From the NCBI GenBank assembly GCA_001769805.1, contig MEPO01000019.1:37093-101092 (forward strand): a stretch of 64,000 nt of DNA, read 5' to 3'. Below the pieces are notes generated by a model, which had not been told where the DNA came from, ran no database searches, and saw nothing but the letters and a program-made list of their open reading frames with translations. The position numbers were made by a program, and so were the translations under genes. This document shows positions 20,808-29,985 of the stretch, piece by piece (position 1 is the first letter of the stretch; each line of letters starts with the position of its first letter). This stretch comes from Bdellovibrionales bacterium GWA1_52_35. Its GTDB lineage: Bacteria > Bdellovibrionota > UBA1018.

Positions 20808-22229
20808 ATGAAGAAGTCGCGTCGCCACCTAGATTTACGCACAAAAATCAGCCTGGTGCTCGCTGCGGTCATTCTTCCCACTTTTTTGATTGTGACTTTT
20901 GCTGAAAACCAGGTGACCAAGCCCATTCTGGAAGATGAGATCCGGCAGGTGGGTATCACCTCGGCAAAGACGCTGGCCGCTGAGATCGTCAGCTCCCGGC
21001 TGCTTGCGTTGTCGGATCCGACGCCGGCAATCGAGCGGCGCATTCAGGAATTGATCTACTCGCAGCCGAACATTTTGCGTCTGGAGGTCATTGCACGTGA
21101 TCCTCTCACCGGTCTTCCAAAAATTTTTGGCTCGAATATTGAGGATGAACCGGATTCGGTTCAGATCGTTCCGTTGCTGGTGGATTCTGTTTCAAGCAAG
21201 TACATGACCAATGATGATTCGGGCAACTTTTGGGATATTTTTGTACCGATTGAACAGAAGGCGCGAGTGGCGCATGGCTCCCATAAAATTATCGGAGCAG
21301 TTCACATTGAAATATCCACCAAGCTTGTCAGCCAAATCGTAAACACATTGTGGAAAACAACTGCGAGCGCGGCAGCTTTCAGCGTGGTCACCCTGATAGT
21401 GGTATTGGGCTACTTCCTTAAGAAAACCGTCGCCAATGACCGAAAGCTACGGGAAGCGGAAACGCAGAATCTGCAACTCACCGAGCAGTTGCATGAAGTC
21501 GAGCGAAAACTGATGAATACTGAGAAGCTCGCAGTCATGGGTCAGTTGACCGCGAGCTTCGCTCACGAAATCGGAACGCCGCTCAATGCAGTTGGCGGGC
21601 ACATGCAATTGCTGGAAGACGAGCTCAGGATCGGTGGCACCACAATCTATAACGAGCGTTTTTCAGTGATCAATGGGCAGCTCTTAAAAATTGAAACCAT
21701 CGTGAAAGGCTTTCTGCAGAGCACGGCCAAACCGGAATCACAGCGACAGCTCGTCGATTTAAACCGCCTGCTCGATCGTACGCTGGCAATACTGAGACCC
21801 AGGATTGATCTTTTGAGAGTGGATCTGAAGAGTGCCCTGGAAAAGAAAATGGGACCTGTACGGGCAGTTCCACTGGAAATTGAACAGATTCTGCTTAATC
21901 TGCTGAATAACTCTCTCGATAGCATGGCATCCAAGCGCCTGGAAAAAGAGAAAGCGCGACTGGCGATCGAAATCAGTACCGAAGCATCCGAAGAAGATGG
22001 AAGGAGTTGGGCGAAAATCATGATTTTTGATACGGGCGAGGGAATTCCAAAGGAGGATCTCGGAAACGTGCTTAAGCCATTTTTTACCACCAAAAAACCG
22101 GAAGAAGGAACTGGTCTGGGTTTGACCATTTGCCAGCAGCTTGTGCACAAGCACGGAGGTGCGCTCAATATTGATTCCAAGGAAGGGGCATGGACGAAAG
22201 TGACTTTAAAGCTTCCGTACACACGTTGA
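20808..22229 (+). CDS. Sensor histidine kinase (membrane-anchored; periplasmic or extracytoplasmic domain, HisKA, HATPase_c)
   Basis: H-box 'FAHEIGTPLNAV', N-box 'LLNLLNNSLDS', G-boxes 'DTGEGIP' and 'GTGLGLTICQQL'. Two hydrophobic segments flank a domain of about 150 aa. Confidence 0.85.
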   Translation: MKKSRRHLDLRTKISLVLAAVILPTFLIVTFAENQVTKPILEDEIRQVGITSAKTLAAEIVSSRLLALSDPTPAIERRIQELIYSQPNILRLEVIARDPLTGLPKIFGSNIEDEPDSVQIVPLLVDSVSSKYMTNDDSGNFWDIFVPIEQKARVAHGSHKIIGAVHIEISTKLVSQIVNTLWKTTASAAAFSVVTLIVVLGYFLKKTVANDRKLREAETQNLQLTEQLHEVERKLMNTEKLAVMGQLTASFAHEIGTPLNAVGGHMQLLEDELRIGGTTIYNERFSVINGQLLKIETIVKGFLQSTAKPESQRQLVDLNRLLDRTLAILRPRIDLLRVDLKSALEKKMGPVRAVPLEIEQILLNLLNNSLDSMASKRLEKEKARLAIEISTEASEEDGRSWAKIMIFDTGEGIPKEDLGNVLKPFFTTKKPEEGTGLGLTICQQLVHKHGGALNIDSKEGAWTKVTLKLPYTR

Positions 22230-22230
22230 T

Positions 22231-23592
22231 ATGAACCAGACGAATGCAAAAATCCGAATCTTGGTTGTCGATGACGATGACGTCACCCGCCGCCTGCTCC
22301 TCGAGGTCCTCGAGAAGGAAGGCTATTCCGTTCAGCTGGCCGAAAGTGGCGAGGAAGCTATCCAGGTAATTCAACGCGAGGTGTTCTCGATCGTGCTCTC
22401 GGATATACGGATGATCGAGCTGGATGGAATGGCTGTACTCCGGGAGATCAAAAAGACCGGAACAGGCACGCTCGTGATCCTGATGACGGGATTTGGCAGC
22501 ATGGAGGGCGCAATTGAGGCGATTCAGGAGGGCGCCTTTGATTACGTCAGTAAACCATTCAGAATAGACAGCCTCAGGACGGTGCTCAGCCGTGCGGCAA
22601 AATACTGGGAATCTCTGCACCAGCAAAAATCCCAGGTTTTTGCAGTCAAAACCCGGATAGAAACAGACGAGCGGGCAATCATCGGGAAGTCGCCGAAAAT
22701 CGTCGAAGTCTACAAAATGCTCGCCCGGGCTGCCATGTCAGCCAGTAATGTTCTCGTGGCCGGAGAGGCCGGAACCGGAAAGGAGCTCGTGGCGCGCGCC
22801 ATTCACGAAAACAGCGCGCGGAAGAATCGTGATCTGGTGCTTGTGAATTGCGGGTCCATCGGAGAGCCGTTCCTGGAAACCGAGTTTTTCGGCAATGGTA
22901 AAGAGAAGAAAGGATTTCTTGAGGAAGCGAATGGCAGCAGTATCTTCCTGGATGAGGTGGGAGAGCTGCCTTTGACTTTTCAGACGAAACTGGTGAGGGT
23001 TTTACAGGAGCGCGAAGTCAAGCCGGTCGGTGGCAGGGAAATGCGGAAAATCGATGTCCGGGTGATAGCAGCGACCCACCGGGAACTGGATCAGCTCGTG
23101 AAAGCAGGAAAATTTCGCGAGGATCTCTGTTATCGTCTTAAGGTGATTTCCATCGAAATGCCTCCGCTGCGAGAACGAATGGAGGATTTGCCCGAGTTGG
23201 TCAGTTTTTTTCTCGCACGATATGCCGAGAAGGACAAGAAAAGCGTATCGCACGTTTCTGATGAAGGAATGGATCTGCTGATGAAATATCGTTGGCCGGG
23301 CAATATTCACGAACTGGAGCATGCAATCGAGCATGCGGTTGCGATGACCCGTTCTTCCGTTTTGTTTCCCGATGATTTCCCGCAAGAGATATTGGGTGAA
23401 ATGCCGCCATTGTTCGCCGATAGCAATTTATATTTCCAGAGTTCTCTTGAAGATCTTGAGAAATCCCACATTTTGAAAGTTCTTAAAGAGGTTCATTACA
23501 ATAAATCCAGGGCTTCTGAGATTCTGGGAATTGATCGGGCGACCCTTTACCGCAAAGCGCAGAGATATGGGATTGAGTTGAGGGAAAAATGA
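22231..23592 (+). CDS. NtrC-family response regulator (REC + sigma54-interaction-type AAA+ + Fis HTH) lacking the GAFTGA loop
   Basis: REC 'ILVVDDDD...LSDIRM...YVSKPF'. Walker A 'GEAGTGKELVARAIH'. 'FLDEVGEL', 'WPGNIHELEH', HTH 'ASEILGIDRATLYRKAQ'. The L1 region reads 'ETEFFGNGKEKKGFLEEANG', about 8 aa shorter than canonical, with no GAFTGA. Confidence 0.85.
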   Translation: MNQTNAKIRILVVDDDDVTRRLLLEVLEKEGYSVQLAESGEEAIQVIQREVFSIVLSDIRMIELDGMAVLREIKKTGTGTLVILMTGFGSMEGAIEAIQEGAFDYVSKPFRIDSLRTVLSRAAKYWESLHQQKSQVFAVKTRIETDERAIIGKSPKIVEVYKMLARAAMSASNVLVAGEAGTGKELVARAIHENSARKNRDLVLVNCGSIGEPFLETEFFGNGKEKKGFLEEANGSSIFLDEVGELPLTFQTKLVRVLQEREVKPVGGREMRKIDVRVIAATHRELDQLVKAGKFREDLCYRLKVISIEMPPLRERMEDLPELVSFFLARYAEKDKKSVSHVSDEGMDLLMKYRWPGNIHELEHAIEHAVAMTRSSVLFPDDFPQEILGEMPPLFADSNLYFQSSLEDLEKSHILKVLKEVHYNKSRASEILGIDRATLYRKAQRYGIELREK

Positions 23593-24206
23593 CGGAATTA
23601 TCTGAGGCGCAGGAGAGTTTTGAGCGAAAAATTCAGCTGGCACTGAAGCTCTCGGTACCCTACTCACCCAGAACTCTGGGTCAGGCTGTTCCGGAAGTTG
23701 ATACTCCAGCGGCGGTACTCATCCTTTTCGCATGGGAAAAAGGCAAGCCTCGCCTCCTCTTGACCAAGAGAACTGAGTTTGTGGAAACCCACAAGGGCCA
23801 GTACGCGTTTCCGGGAGGAAGAATTGAGGATAACGATCGCAGTTCCATTCTGGCCGCACTGAGGGAGACCGAAGAAGAGGTTGGGGTTCCGCTGATCGCA
23901 GTCCGTGTTTTGGGTGAGCTGCCGGGCTTGAGGACTCCCACGGGATATTGGATTACGCCCGTCATTGGGTTTTTGAACCGGGTGCTTGAGCAAACTCCGC
24001 TAAAAATGAGTGCAGAGGAAACGGCTGAAGCCTTCTGGGTGGATTTTGGGGAGTTCAGTCAAGAGGGTGTTTATAGCTGTGAGCGGTTTGAGTTGGGGTC
24101 GGGTTCTTTCCCTGTTCATGTTTACCAGCTCGGTGATCGCAGAATTTGGGGTGTTACCGGCGCCATGTTGAAAAACTTGCTCGATCGTCTGGCCGAGGTC
24201 GGGTAA
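23589..24206 (+). CDS. NUDIX hydrolase, CoA pyrophosphatase (NudL)-like
   Basis: Nudix box 'GGRIEDNDRSSILAALRETEEEVGV', preceded by 'LLLTKRTEFVETHKGQYAFPGG', which resembles the CoA-pyrophosphatase signature. ATGA overlap with the regulator gene. Confidence 0.75.
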   Translation: MTELSEAQESFERKIQLALKLSVPYSPRTLGQAVPEVDTPAAVLILFAWEKGKPRLLLTKRTEFVETHKGQYAFPGGRIEDNDRSSILAALRETEEEVGVPLIAVRVLGELPGLRTPTGYWITPVIGFLNRVLEQTPLKMSAEETAEAFWVDFGEFSQEGVYSCERFELGSGSFPVHVYQLGDRRIWGVTGAMLKNLLDRLAEVG

Positions 24207-24215
24207 GATCGGGCT

Positions 24216-24719
24216 ATGAAACGAATCCTCATCCTTTTGTTGGCTTTGACTTACTCCTTGAACGGTTTTTGCGCGCTCGAGTCTTACGAGGACTGGAAGT
24301 CGCCTGCTGATCCCGCTGAAGCACATTTTGGTGTTTTGATGGGAATGGGAGTATTGGACTCTTCTGCAGGACTCACCCTCTTGGGGACGGCGAGCAAAAA
24401 AATTGTTCATCAGGGATTCATTCCAGATATCAATAATTCGGTTTCGATTGAATTTCAGGGCGGACCTTTGTTTGTTGAGGGCAGTCGGGCTTTTTCCTAC
24501 AGCACACATCTGCGCTGGGACTTCCGGCGCGATGCTCTGTGGACCTTCTACGCTCTCGGTGGTTTTGCCGGACACGTCACCAGTGAGGCCATGGGAAGTC
24601 GCTTTCTGATGTTCCCGAGATTTGGGGTTGGAGCAATGAGAGAGTCTTCTCTGGGTTTTGCGTTTCGGGGTGAGCTAAGCCACGAGTTCATCACCTTTGG
24701 ATTGGTCTGGCCCATCTAG
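24216..24719 (+). CDS. Small secreted / outer-membrane hypothetical protein
   Basis: Signal peptide MKRILILLLALTYSLNGFCA. Short beta-strand-like segments. 9-bp gap to the NUDIX gene. Confidence 0.45.
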   Translation: MKRILILLLALTYSLNGFCALESYEDWKSPADPAEAHFGVLMGMGVLDSSAGLTLLGTASKKIVHQGFIPDINNSVSIEFQGGPLFVEGSRAFSYSTHLRWDFRRDALWTFYALGGFAGHVTSEAMGSRFLMFPRFGVGAMRESSLGFAFRGELSHEFITFGLVWPI

Positions 24720-24758
24720 CTCAGCGACCGTGCCTCGCGGCTCGTTGAGCTCTTAAGC

Positions 24759-24908
24759 TTAGGGACCTAGGCTGGCTAAAACCTGTTCTTCCGGATTGAC
24801 GTCCCAGCCTCCGGGTAATCCGTAGGCCTTGGATGCTTTCGATGAATGGCTGAATGCGAGTGCGGCGATCACGATGATGGCCGCGATCAGGCTCTTGAGT
24901 GTCTGCAT
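24759..24908 (-). CDS. Possible 49-aa secreted peptide, too short for the ORF track
   Basis: My own translation of the minus strand from the ATG at 24908 gives MQTLKSLIAAIIVIAALAFSHSSKASKAYGLPGGWDVNPEEQVLASLGP, stop TAA at 24759-24761. The N-terminus is a clean signal-peptide-like segment. Confidence 0.3.
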   Translation of the reverse strand: MQTLKSLIAAIIVIAALAFSHSSKASKAYGLPGGWDVNPEEQVLASLGP

Positions 24909-25005
24909 AATTTTGTTTGCGATCCATTAACAGGCTGCTCGGTTCCAAACAACCGCAAAAATAAATCCAGTCAATTCAATATCATACCAATAAAGTCAAC
25001 TATGT

Positions 25006-25039
25006 TTGACTAACCCCGCAAAAGAGTGTTTAATATAAT
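25006..25039 (+). promoter_or_regulatory. Sigma70-like promoter for the 25065 gene
   Basis: TTGACT (25006-25011), 17 nt, TTTAAT (25029-25034), overlapped by a perfect TATAAT at 25034-39. The -35 box is half of the palindrome AGTCAA-N6-TTGACT (24994-25011). Confidence 0.45.
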
Positions 25040-25064
25040 TAGTACTGTTAAGGAAGATTAACAA

Positions 25065-26024
25065 ATGGAGTTTAAAATGAAACGGATTCTGACTCTGGTT
25101 TCGATGGCAATGATAGCCGCATCCAGTCCTCAAAATGGTTTCACGATGGGTAAAAAGTCTTCCACAGCGCAGGCCTCGTCCACATGCAGCGCTCCAAGCG
25201 CGAGTATAGCGACTCCAATCCGAAATGTCGTAGTTGCCCCAGTAAAAAGTCAAAGGTTTCCATTACCTAACGGTACAATGGCGGATCTCACCCCGAGCTT
25301 GGGTGACATCATGATCGCCGCTGTGAATGGCACGGGTGCTTTTCACCCCATCCTTGATCCCCAAGCCGCCCCAGATGCTTGCAACAGTTACTTACGGGTC
25401 AGCTCGTATGTTACGGCAATCGAAATGGATCTTTACGATTTCAAGCTCAGCGTCGGTTATTCGCCGGACGGGGTATTTGGCCTGACTCCCAACCAAATTC
25501 AGGGTGAGGCCAACGTCAGAATTGGGCGCTTGGACATGGTATTTGCGGTCGAAAAATGCCAAGCCGGCCTTTGTTCGACGATTCTGACCTCTAAGGTAGG
25601 CAAGAACTCAATTGATTCGGACTATCACCTGCGGGCAAATTTCAACACGATTACGGGTGGGGCAGATTTGGTTCAGCACCCTTCATTTAATAAAATTCTC
25701 ACCCAGATCATGGACGCCGGGATGAAGCTGATCGCCCAATCCCCTGATTTGAATAAGCTTCCTTGGACGGCAATCGTACGCGAAAGCAATTCTGCTTCGG
25801 GAACCCTCATTTTTGACGCGGGGCACGGTTCCGGCATTGCCAACAACCAGGCTTTCGTGATTTATGCTGCAGAGCAAGCAACCGGGAACTGCAATTTATA
25901 TAAAGCCGTCGCCTACGTTCATACAACTCGCGTTGACCCGATTTCGTCCGTAGCAATTGTGGATCAATCCCTTGATCAACGGGGCATTAAAGACGGCGAC
26001 GTGGTCATGGTGAAGAGCCGTTAA
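25065..26024 (+). CDS. Secreted hypothetical protein, apparently paralogous to the N-terminal region of the downstream S8 protease
   Basis: AGGAAG sits 8 nt upstream of the ATG. Signal-like 'MKRILTLVSMAMIAASS'. The segment 'FNKILTQIMDAGMKLIAQSPDLNKLPWTAIV' resembles 'FDAFNRAVAAAVQAIDRAASNLPLTALV' in the next gene. Confidence 0.55.
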   Translation: MEFKMKRILTLVSMAMIAASSPQNGFTMGKKSSTAQASSTCSAPSASIATPIRNVVVAPVKSQRFPLPNGTMADLTPSLGDIMIAAVNGTGAFHPILDPQAAPDACNSYLRVSSYVTAIEMDLYDFKLSVGYSPDGVFGLTPNQIQGEANVRIGRLDMVFAVEKCQAGLCSTILTSKVGKNSIDSDYHLRANFNTITGGADLVQHPSFNKILTQIMDAGMKLIAQSPDLNKLPWTAIVRESNSASGTLIFDAGHGSGIANNQAFVIYAAEQATGNCNLYKAVAYVHTTRVDPISSVAIVDQSLDQRGIKDGDVVMVKSR

Positions 26025-26066
26025 CGCATAAACGCAGTAACCTACAACAAGTTTACAGAGGATCGG

Positions 26067-28247
26067 ATGTTTCGATTCATAACCCTTTCACTTTCCGCAC
26101 TGATCTTGCTGGGAATCTCTGTTCCCGCTTTCAGTGCAGGAAAAAAAGCCGCAAACGCTGCCACTCCTCAAACCCAGAGTGTCAGCCTGGGTCGGCGCGT
26201 CCTTCTGGTCAACCCGGTCAGAAATGTGCGCATTCAGTTGCCGGACGACAAGCTTAGGGACTTCGGCGTCGATTTTGATGGAGCTGTTGGCCACTATCTT
26301 GCGAATCACCCGTCGTTTATTCTCGCGCGTTCCGAACACTCCAAATCGACTGCAGAAGGTGGTTCTAAAAGTACACCGAAGCTGACCAGGGGTGGTGATG
26401 ATTACGAATGGTCGGGCTCTGTTCTACCCGCAGCGAGTATCACTTTTCATGTCGATGCTTTTAGTCTGATCACCGGGTTCAAGGGTGGACGGATGTTTTA
26501 CGGCTTTGATGAGCGCTTCCGGACCGAGTTCAACGATGGCACAGAGTCGGTCGTCAACGAGTTCCCGCTGATCATCCCCTTCAATTATCCAAATTGGTTT
26601 GATCGCACTTTTGATGAAAAAGGATCCTGGCCCACCAGCTCGACTTCCGGTCTGGATCTTGGAGAAGGCTTCCGTCTGGATTCGCTTTTCGCCTACTTGA
26701 ATGTAAAATACGCGACTTATCATTCAAGCCTGCAGCTCAGGATTGAGGTGGATTCTCCCCTTTCCGGTCGTCACGATTTCCGCACCGTACATGTCAAGGG
26801 CAGCGGTTTTTTTTATGATGTAGTGGGTGGGTATGTAAATTGGCAGGGAGGAATAGGAGTCGCGCGAAATGCTGCAATGTTTGATGCTTTCAACAGGGCG
26901 GTCGCAGCAGCGGTTCAGGCAATTGATCGGGCCGCTTCAAATCTTCCTTTGACGGCTCTGGTGGATTTCATCAAGCAGGACGGTCTGATTTTTCTCGGCA
27001 CTGGAATCAGCGCCAATGTTCCGGCTGGAACTTTGTATCAAGCGGTTGAAAATGAAAACCTTGTGATTCGGGTGGAGACCTCTTATTTGAGCGGTTCGGT
27101 GGCAAGACTTGTAAAGGGTGCCTTCAACGAGGTGAAGCCCGGAATGGCACTTAGGCAGATCCAGAGTGTCGGGGGTGGTGGCGGGGTTCCGAAGGGATCG
27201 GGCAAAATCGCTGATTCAGGCGCTCCATCCCAGAGTACCTTTGAGGTTATCGAACTTCCTGTTCGCAACCTTTCCGAACCCAATCTTAATGGCGTGGTTA
27301 CAAAAATTTCGCGTTGGAAAGCTTTTCTCAAGAGTTTGGTCGAAAACGTTTTCCTCCCCTACCGGATCTGGCGCTATGACCAATACGATCAGGCCTATTT
27401 GCGAAACGCCCGGCTTGCAGACGAGACCGACAGCCCGGACCGCCAGATGAATCCAATTCAGAATACGCAGGATTGGGCCCGTGAGGTGCTGAATCAGCCC
27501 TGGGCGATGGAGTACGATCTTTTCAGAAAGCAGATGTCTTCTGAAGACGTGACAGTGGCGATCATTGATACCGGAATCGATTACAATCATCCGGTGGTGC
27601 ACGATCAGCTTTGGTTCAATCCGGCTCCGACGGAGGACGTAGCAGGGCAGAAGGATCGCTATGGCTGGGATTTCATTTCGGGTGACTCCCGCCCTTATGA
27701 CGACGCCTACCACGGTACGCAAATGGCGGGAGCCGTGCTTGCGGTCGCGCCGAAAGCGCGCTTGATGCCGCTTAAAATTTTCAATCCCTGGGGTGTTACG
27801 AATTCCGCAGCCGTTCTCAGTGCGTTCTCCTATGCCGTGGATCATGGCGCAAAATACATTCTCTGCGGCTGGGCGACGAGAAAGTATTCCAAAGCCATGG
27901 AAATGGGGATCGCCTACGCAAGGGACCATGGGGTTCCCGTGATCGTCGCCGCAGGTGATCTCGGTCTTGATCTGGCCAAGGTCCCGGCATACCCGGCGTC
28001 TTTTGCCAAAAAATATGCAAACGTAATCATTGTTACGGCCCGCGCAACCTCCGGAGCTCAGTGGAAAAACTCGAACTACTATTCAGGACCCGGTCTCGTT
28101 GGCAAAATCGTTTCCGCACCTGGCGAAAACATTCTGGTTCCGGAGCCCCGCGGGCATTATTCTCGGGTATCTTCTTCCGGTGTGAGTGCGGCAATTTATA
28201 CGGGTATCCTCGCGGCAGAGTCGGTAGAGCCCGCCACCACAAAATAG
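26067..28247 (+). CDS. S8 (subtilisin-like) serine peptidase with an N-terminal non-protease region of about 450 aa
   Basis: Signal peptide. Asp 'VAIIDTGIDYNHP', His 'YHGTQMAGAV', Ser 'SSGVSAAIYTG' in the C-terminal third. Confidence 0.8.
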   Translation: MFRFITLSLSALILLGISVPAFSAGKKAANAATPQTQSVSLGRRVLLVNPVRNVRIQLPDDKLRDFGVDFDGAVGHYLANHPSFILARSEHSKSTAEGGSKSTPKLTRGGDDYEWSGSVLPAASITFHVDAFSLITGFKGGRMFYGFDERFRTEFNDGTESVVNEFPLIIPFNYPNWFDRTFDEKGSWPTSSTSGLDLGEGFRLDSLFAYLNVKYATYHSSLQLRIEVDSPLSGRHDFRTVHVKGSGFFYDVVGGYVNWQGGIGVARNAAMFDAFNRAVAAAVQAIDRAASNLPLTALVDFIKQDGLIFLGTGISANVPAGTLYQAVENENLVIRVETSYLSGSVARLVKGAFNEVKPGMALRQIQSVGGGGGVPKGSGKIADSGAPSQSTFEVIELPVRNLSEPNLNGVVTKISRWKAFLKSLVENVFLPYRIWRYDQYDQAYLRNARLADETDSPDRQMNPIQNTQDWAREVLNQPWAMEYDLFRKQMSSEDVTVAIIDTGIDYNHPVVHDQLWFNPAPTEDVAGQKDRYGWDFISGDSRPYDDAYHGTQMAGAVLAVAPKARLMPLKIFNPWGVTNSAAVLSAFSYAVDHGAKYILCGWATRKYSKAMEMGIAYARDHGVPVIVAAGDLGLDLAKVPAYPASFAKKYANVIIVTARATSGAQWKNSNYYSGPGLVGKIVSAPGENILVPEPRGHYSRVSSSGVSAAIYTGILAAESVEPATTK

Positions 28248-28294
28248 CCAATTAAAACAAATAACTAGGAACCGGTCTTATTAAGATAACTAAG

Positions 28295-28323
28295 TTGACT
28301 AATTTGGTCAATTTATGTATGTT
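28295..28323 (+). promoter_or_regulatory. Sigma70-like promoter for the 28369 gene
   Basis: TTGACT (28295-28300), 17 nt, TATGTT (28318-28323). It overlaps the inverted repeat TTGAC-N7-GTCAA (28295-28311). Confidence 0.45.
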
Positions 28324-28368
28324 TCATACGTGTTTCGGACGGCCCTCACTCAGTTGAAGTGGTGAAAA

Positions 28369-29985
28369 ATGCAGATGCGGAAGAAGGGTAGCTCAATTTC
28401 AATAGTTTTCGGCTTGCTGACGGGCGTGATTTCATTCATTGCCTTCAGTGCTAACTTGCGAGCTGATGATTCCCTTGATCCAAAATTCCAGTGGGTCGGC
28501 ACTTCATTTCATTCCCAACGCGTTCAGACGCCCATGGGCGAAAGGGAATACGATTACCGGGTCACCCGATATCTCAATGAACATGGGGACCGCGAAGTAG
28601 CCTATGAGTTTGACCGCAACTGGCTGATGCGGTTCCTGGTGGGTCAACGCCGGAGTGTCTTGATTGTGGGCCGTGATCTGGATGGCAACGATCAATACGA
28701 TGCCTGGTTTGTAATGGGTCGCTCAGGTGTGAGTGAGGTTGTTGATCGGGTCGCAACTGAAAGTGACGGCTGGGATGTGGTATCCGGTCTGCTCCAGAAG
28801 AACCATGCTGCGCTCGCCAACCGTCTCCTTTTGGATGTGCTCTTCAGTAATTTAAGTTTTACGGGAAATACTGTTGATCACTTTTTTGAAACAATCGATC
28901 GCAACCATATTGATCTTCACGATTTCGAACTTCGAACGGACCGCCTCGTGAAGCTGGACAAAGGATCTCCTGCTGCAATGTCCAATTATCGTATGATCTC
29001 TGAGGAATGGGAGTTCCTTGGTGAAGAGATCCAAAAAAAGCAGAATAGCTTGTGGAAGTGGATTGCATTGGATGTGACCGTCGTTCGCCTCAGCTCTTAC
29101 CTTGTGCAGTGGCTCGACAGGTTGAACATCTGGACCGGTGGAAAGCTGGCAATGCTTCAGACCTCGAGCGGTGTGGTCCGGGTCATCACGGAACACATGG
29201 TCGGTCTGTCGAAAAAAGCGCAATCCGCCATGAAGAGAGTCAATGCCAAACTCGGAAAGGGCAACTCCCGGGTCCACGAAATTGGTGCTCGCGCCGCTCT
29301 CCTGAAAATGACCTCGGCACAAAGACTGGATATCGCGATTCGTGGAATGAAGGAGCGCGGGAAAGTTGGTCGACTTTTGGGGTTGGCTACTGAAAAATCC
29401 CTGGCGTTCGGCGCGTCCGGTCTTTCGAATTGGAAATACATTACGGTCACTCAGGCGGCACAACTCGCAATTGAGATGAATGACAAAAAGGAATCAATTT
29501 TCACCAGTTCGAATCCGCTTATTATCACCAAGAACGTAGTCTCGAACAAAGATCTCGTACAGAACGTCTGGTACATGACGAACGAAACCTTCCTGATGTC
29601 AGCTGCGTGGAAAACCGTGAAAAACCCCTTTAAGAGATTTGGCTTTTGCGCGGTTCTCTCCCTGGTTGATTCAGTTGCCATGAATTATCTCGTGAAAGGT
29701 GTCACGGACCAAAAGCGCCTTGCTCTGGATACGGCCTGGGAACTCACGATCGGGAACATGCAAACCGCAATTGTTGATCAGAAAATCTTGAGCTATTTCG
29801 AAACCAGAGCTGCAAATTTGCACAATCCGAAACTTAAGTTGGTCGGATACGCAGGAACACTTCTCGAGCAATCCATCGGCTACGCCGGTTATGCGGCACT
29901 GACTGGTAGCGGGAAGAAAGAAGCGGCTCCGACTGTACGCTGGATTCCAATTTTTGCTGAGCAGACGACCCCGGCTCTGCCTTAG
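28369..29985 (+). CDS. Large hypothetical protein with an N-terminal signal/anchor helix
   Basis: 538 aa. Hydrophobic '[23 protein letters not shown]'. No recognisable domain. Confidence 0.5.
   Translation: MQMRKKGSSISIVFGLLTGVISFIAFSANLRADDSLDPKFQWVGTSFHSQRVQTPMGEREYDYRVTRYLNEHGDREVAYEFDRNWLMRFLVGQRRSVLIVGRDLDGNDQYDAWFVMGRSGVSEVVDRVATESDGWDVVSGLLQKNHAALANRLLLDVLFSNLSFTGNTVDHFFETIDRNHIDLHDFELRTDRLVKLDKGSPAAMSNYRMISEEWEFLGEEIQKKQNSLWKWIALDVTVVRLSSYLVQWLDRLNIWTGGKLAMLQTSSGVVRVITEHMVGLSKKAQSAMKRVNAKLGKGNSRVHEIGARAALLKMTSAQRLDIAIRGMKERGKVGRLLGLATEKSLAFGASGLSNWKYITVTQAAQLAIEMNDKKESIFTSSNPLIITKNVVSNKDLVQNVWYMTNETFLMSAAWKTVKNPFKRFGFCAVLSLVDSVAMNYLVKGVTDQKRLALDTAWELTIGNMQTAIVDQKILSYFETRAANLHNPKLKLVGYAGTLLEQSIGYAGYAALTGSGKKEAAPTVRWIPIFAEQTTPALP

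Noticed and set aside
24721-24948. 75-aa track ORF between the small envelope-protein gene and the 25065 promoter
   Set aside because: It gives a highly charged Arg/His/Asp sequence without features. A shorter ORF in another frame (24759..24908) has a clean signal peptide and is the more plausible coding reading, though it is still low confidence.
26807-26814. T8 homopolymer inside the S8 protease gene, and an A8 run at 48725-48732 inside the signal-peptide region of the GATase1-like lipoprotein gene, as phase-variation switches
   Set aside because: Eight-nucleotide runs are short for slipped-strand switching and simply encode Phe-Phe. Without population sequence data showing length variation, this is not supportable.
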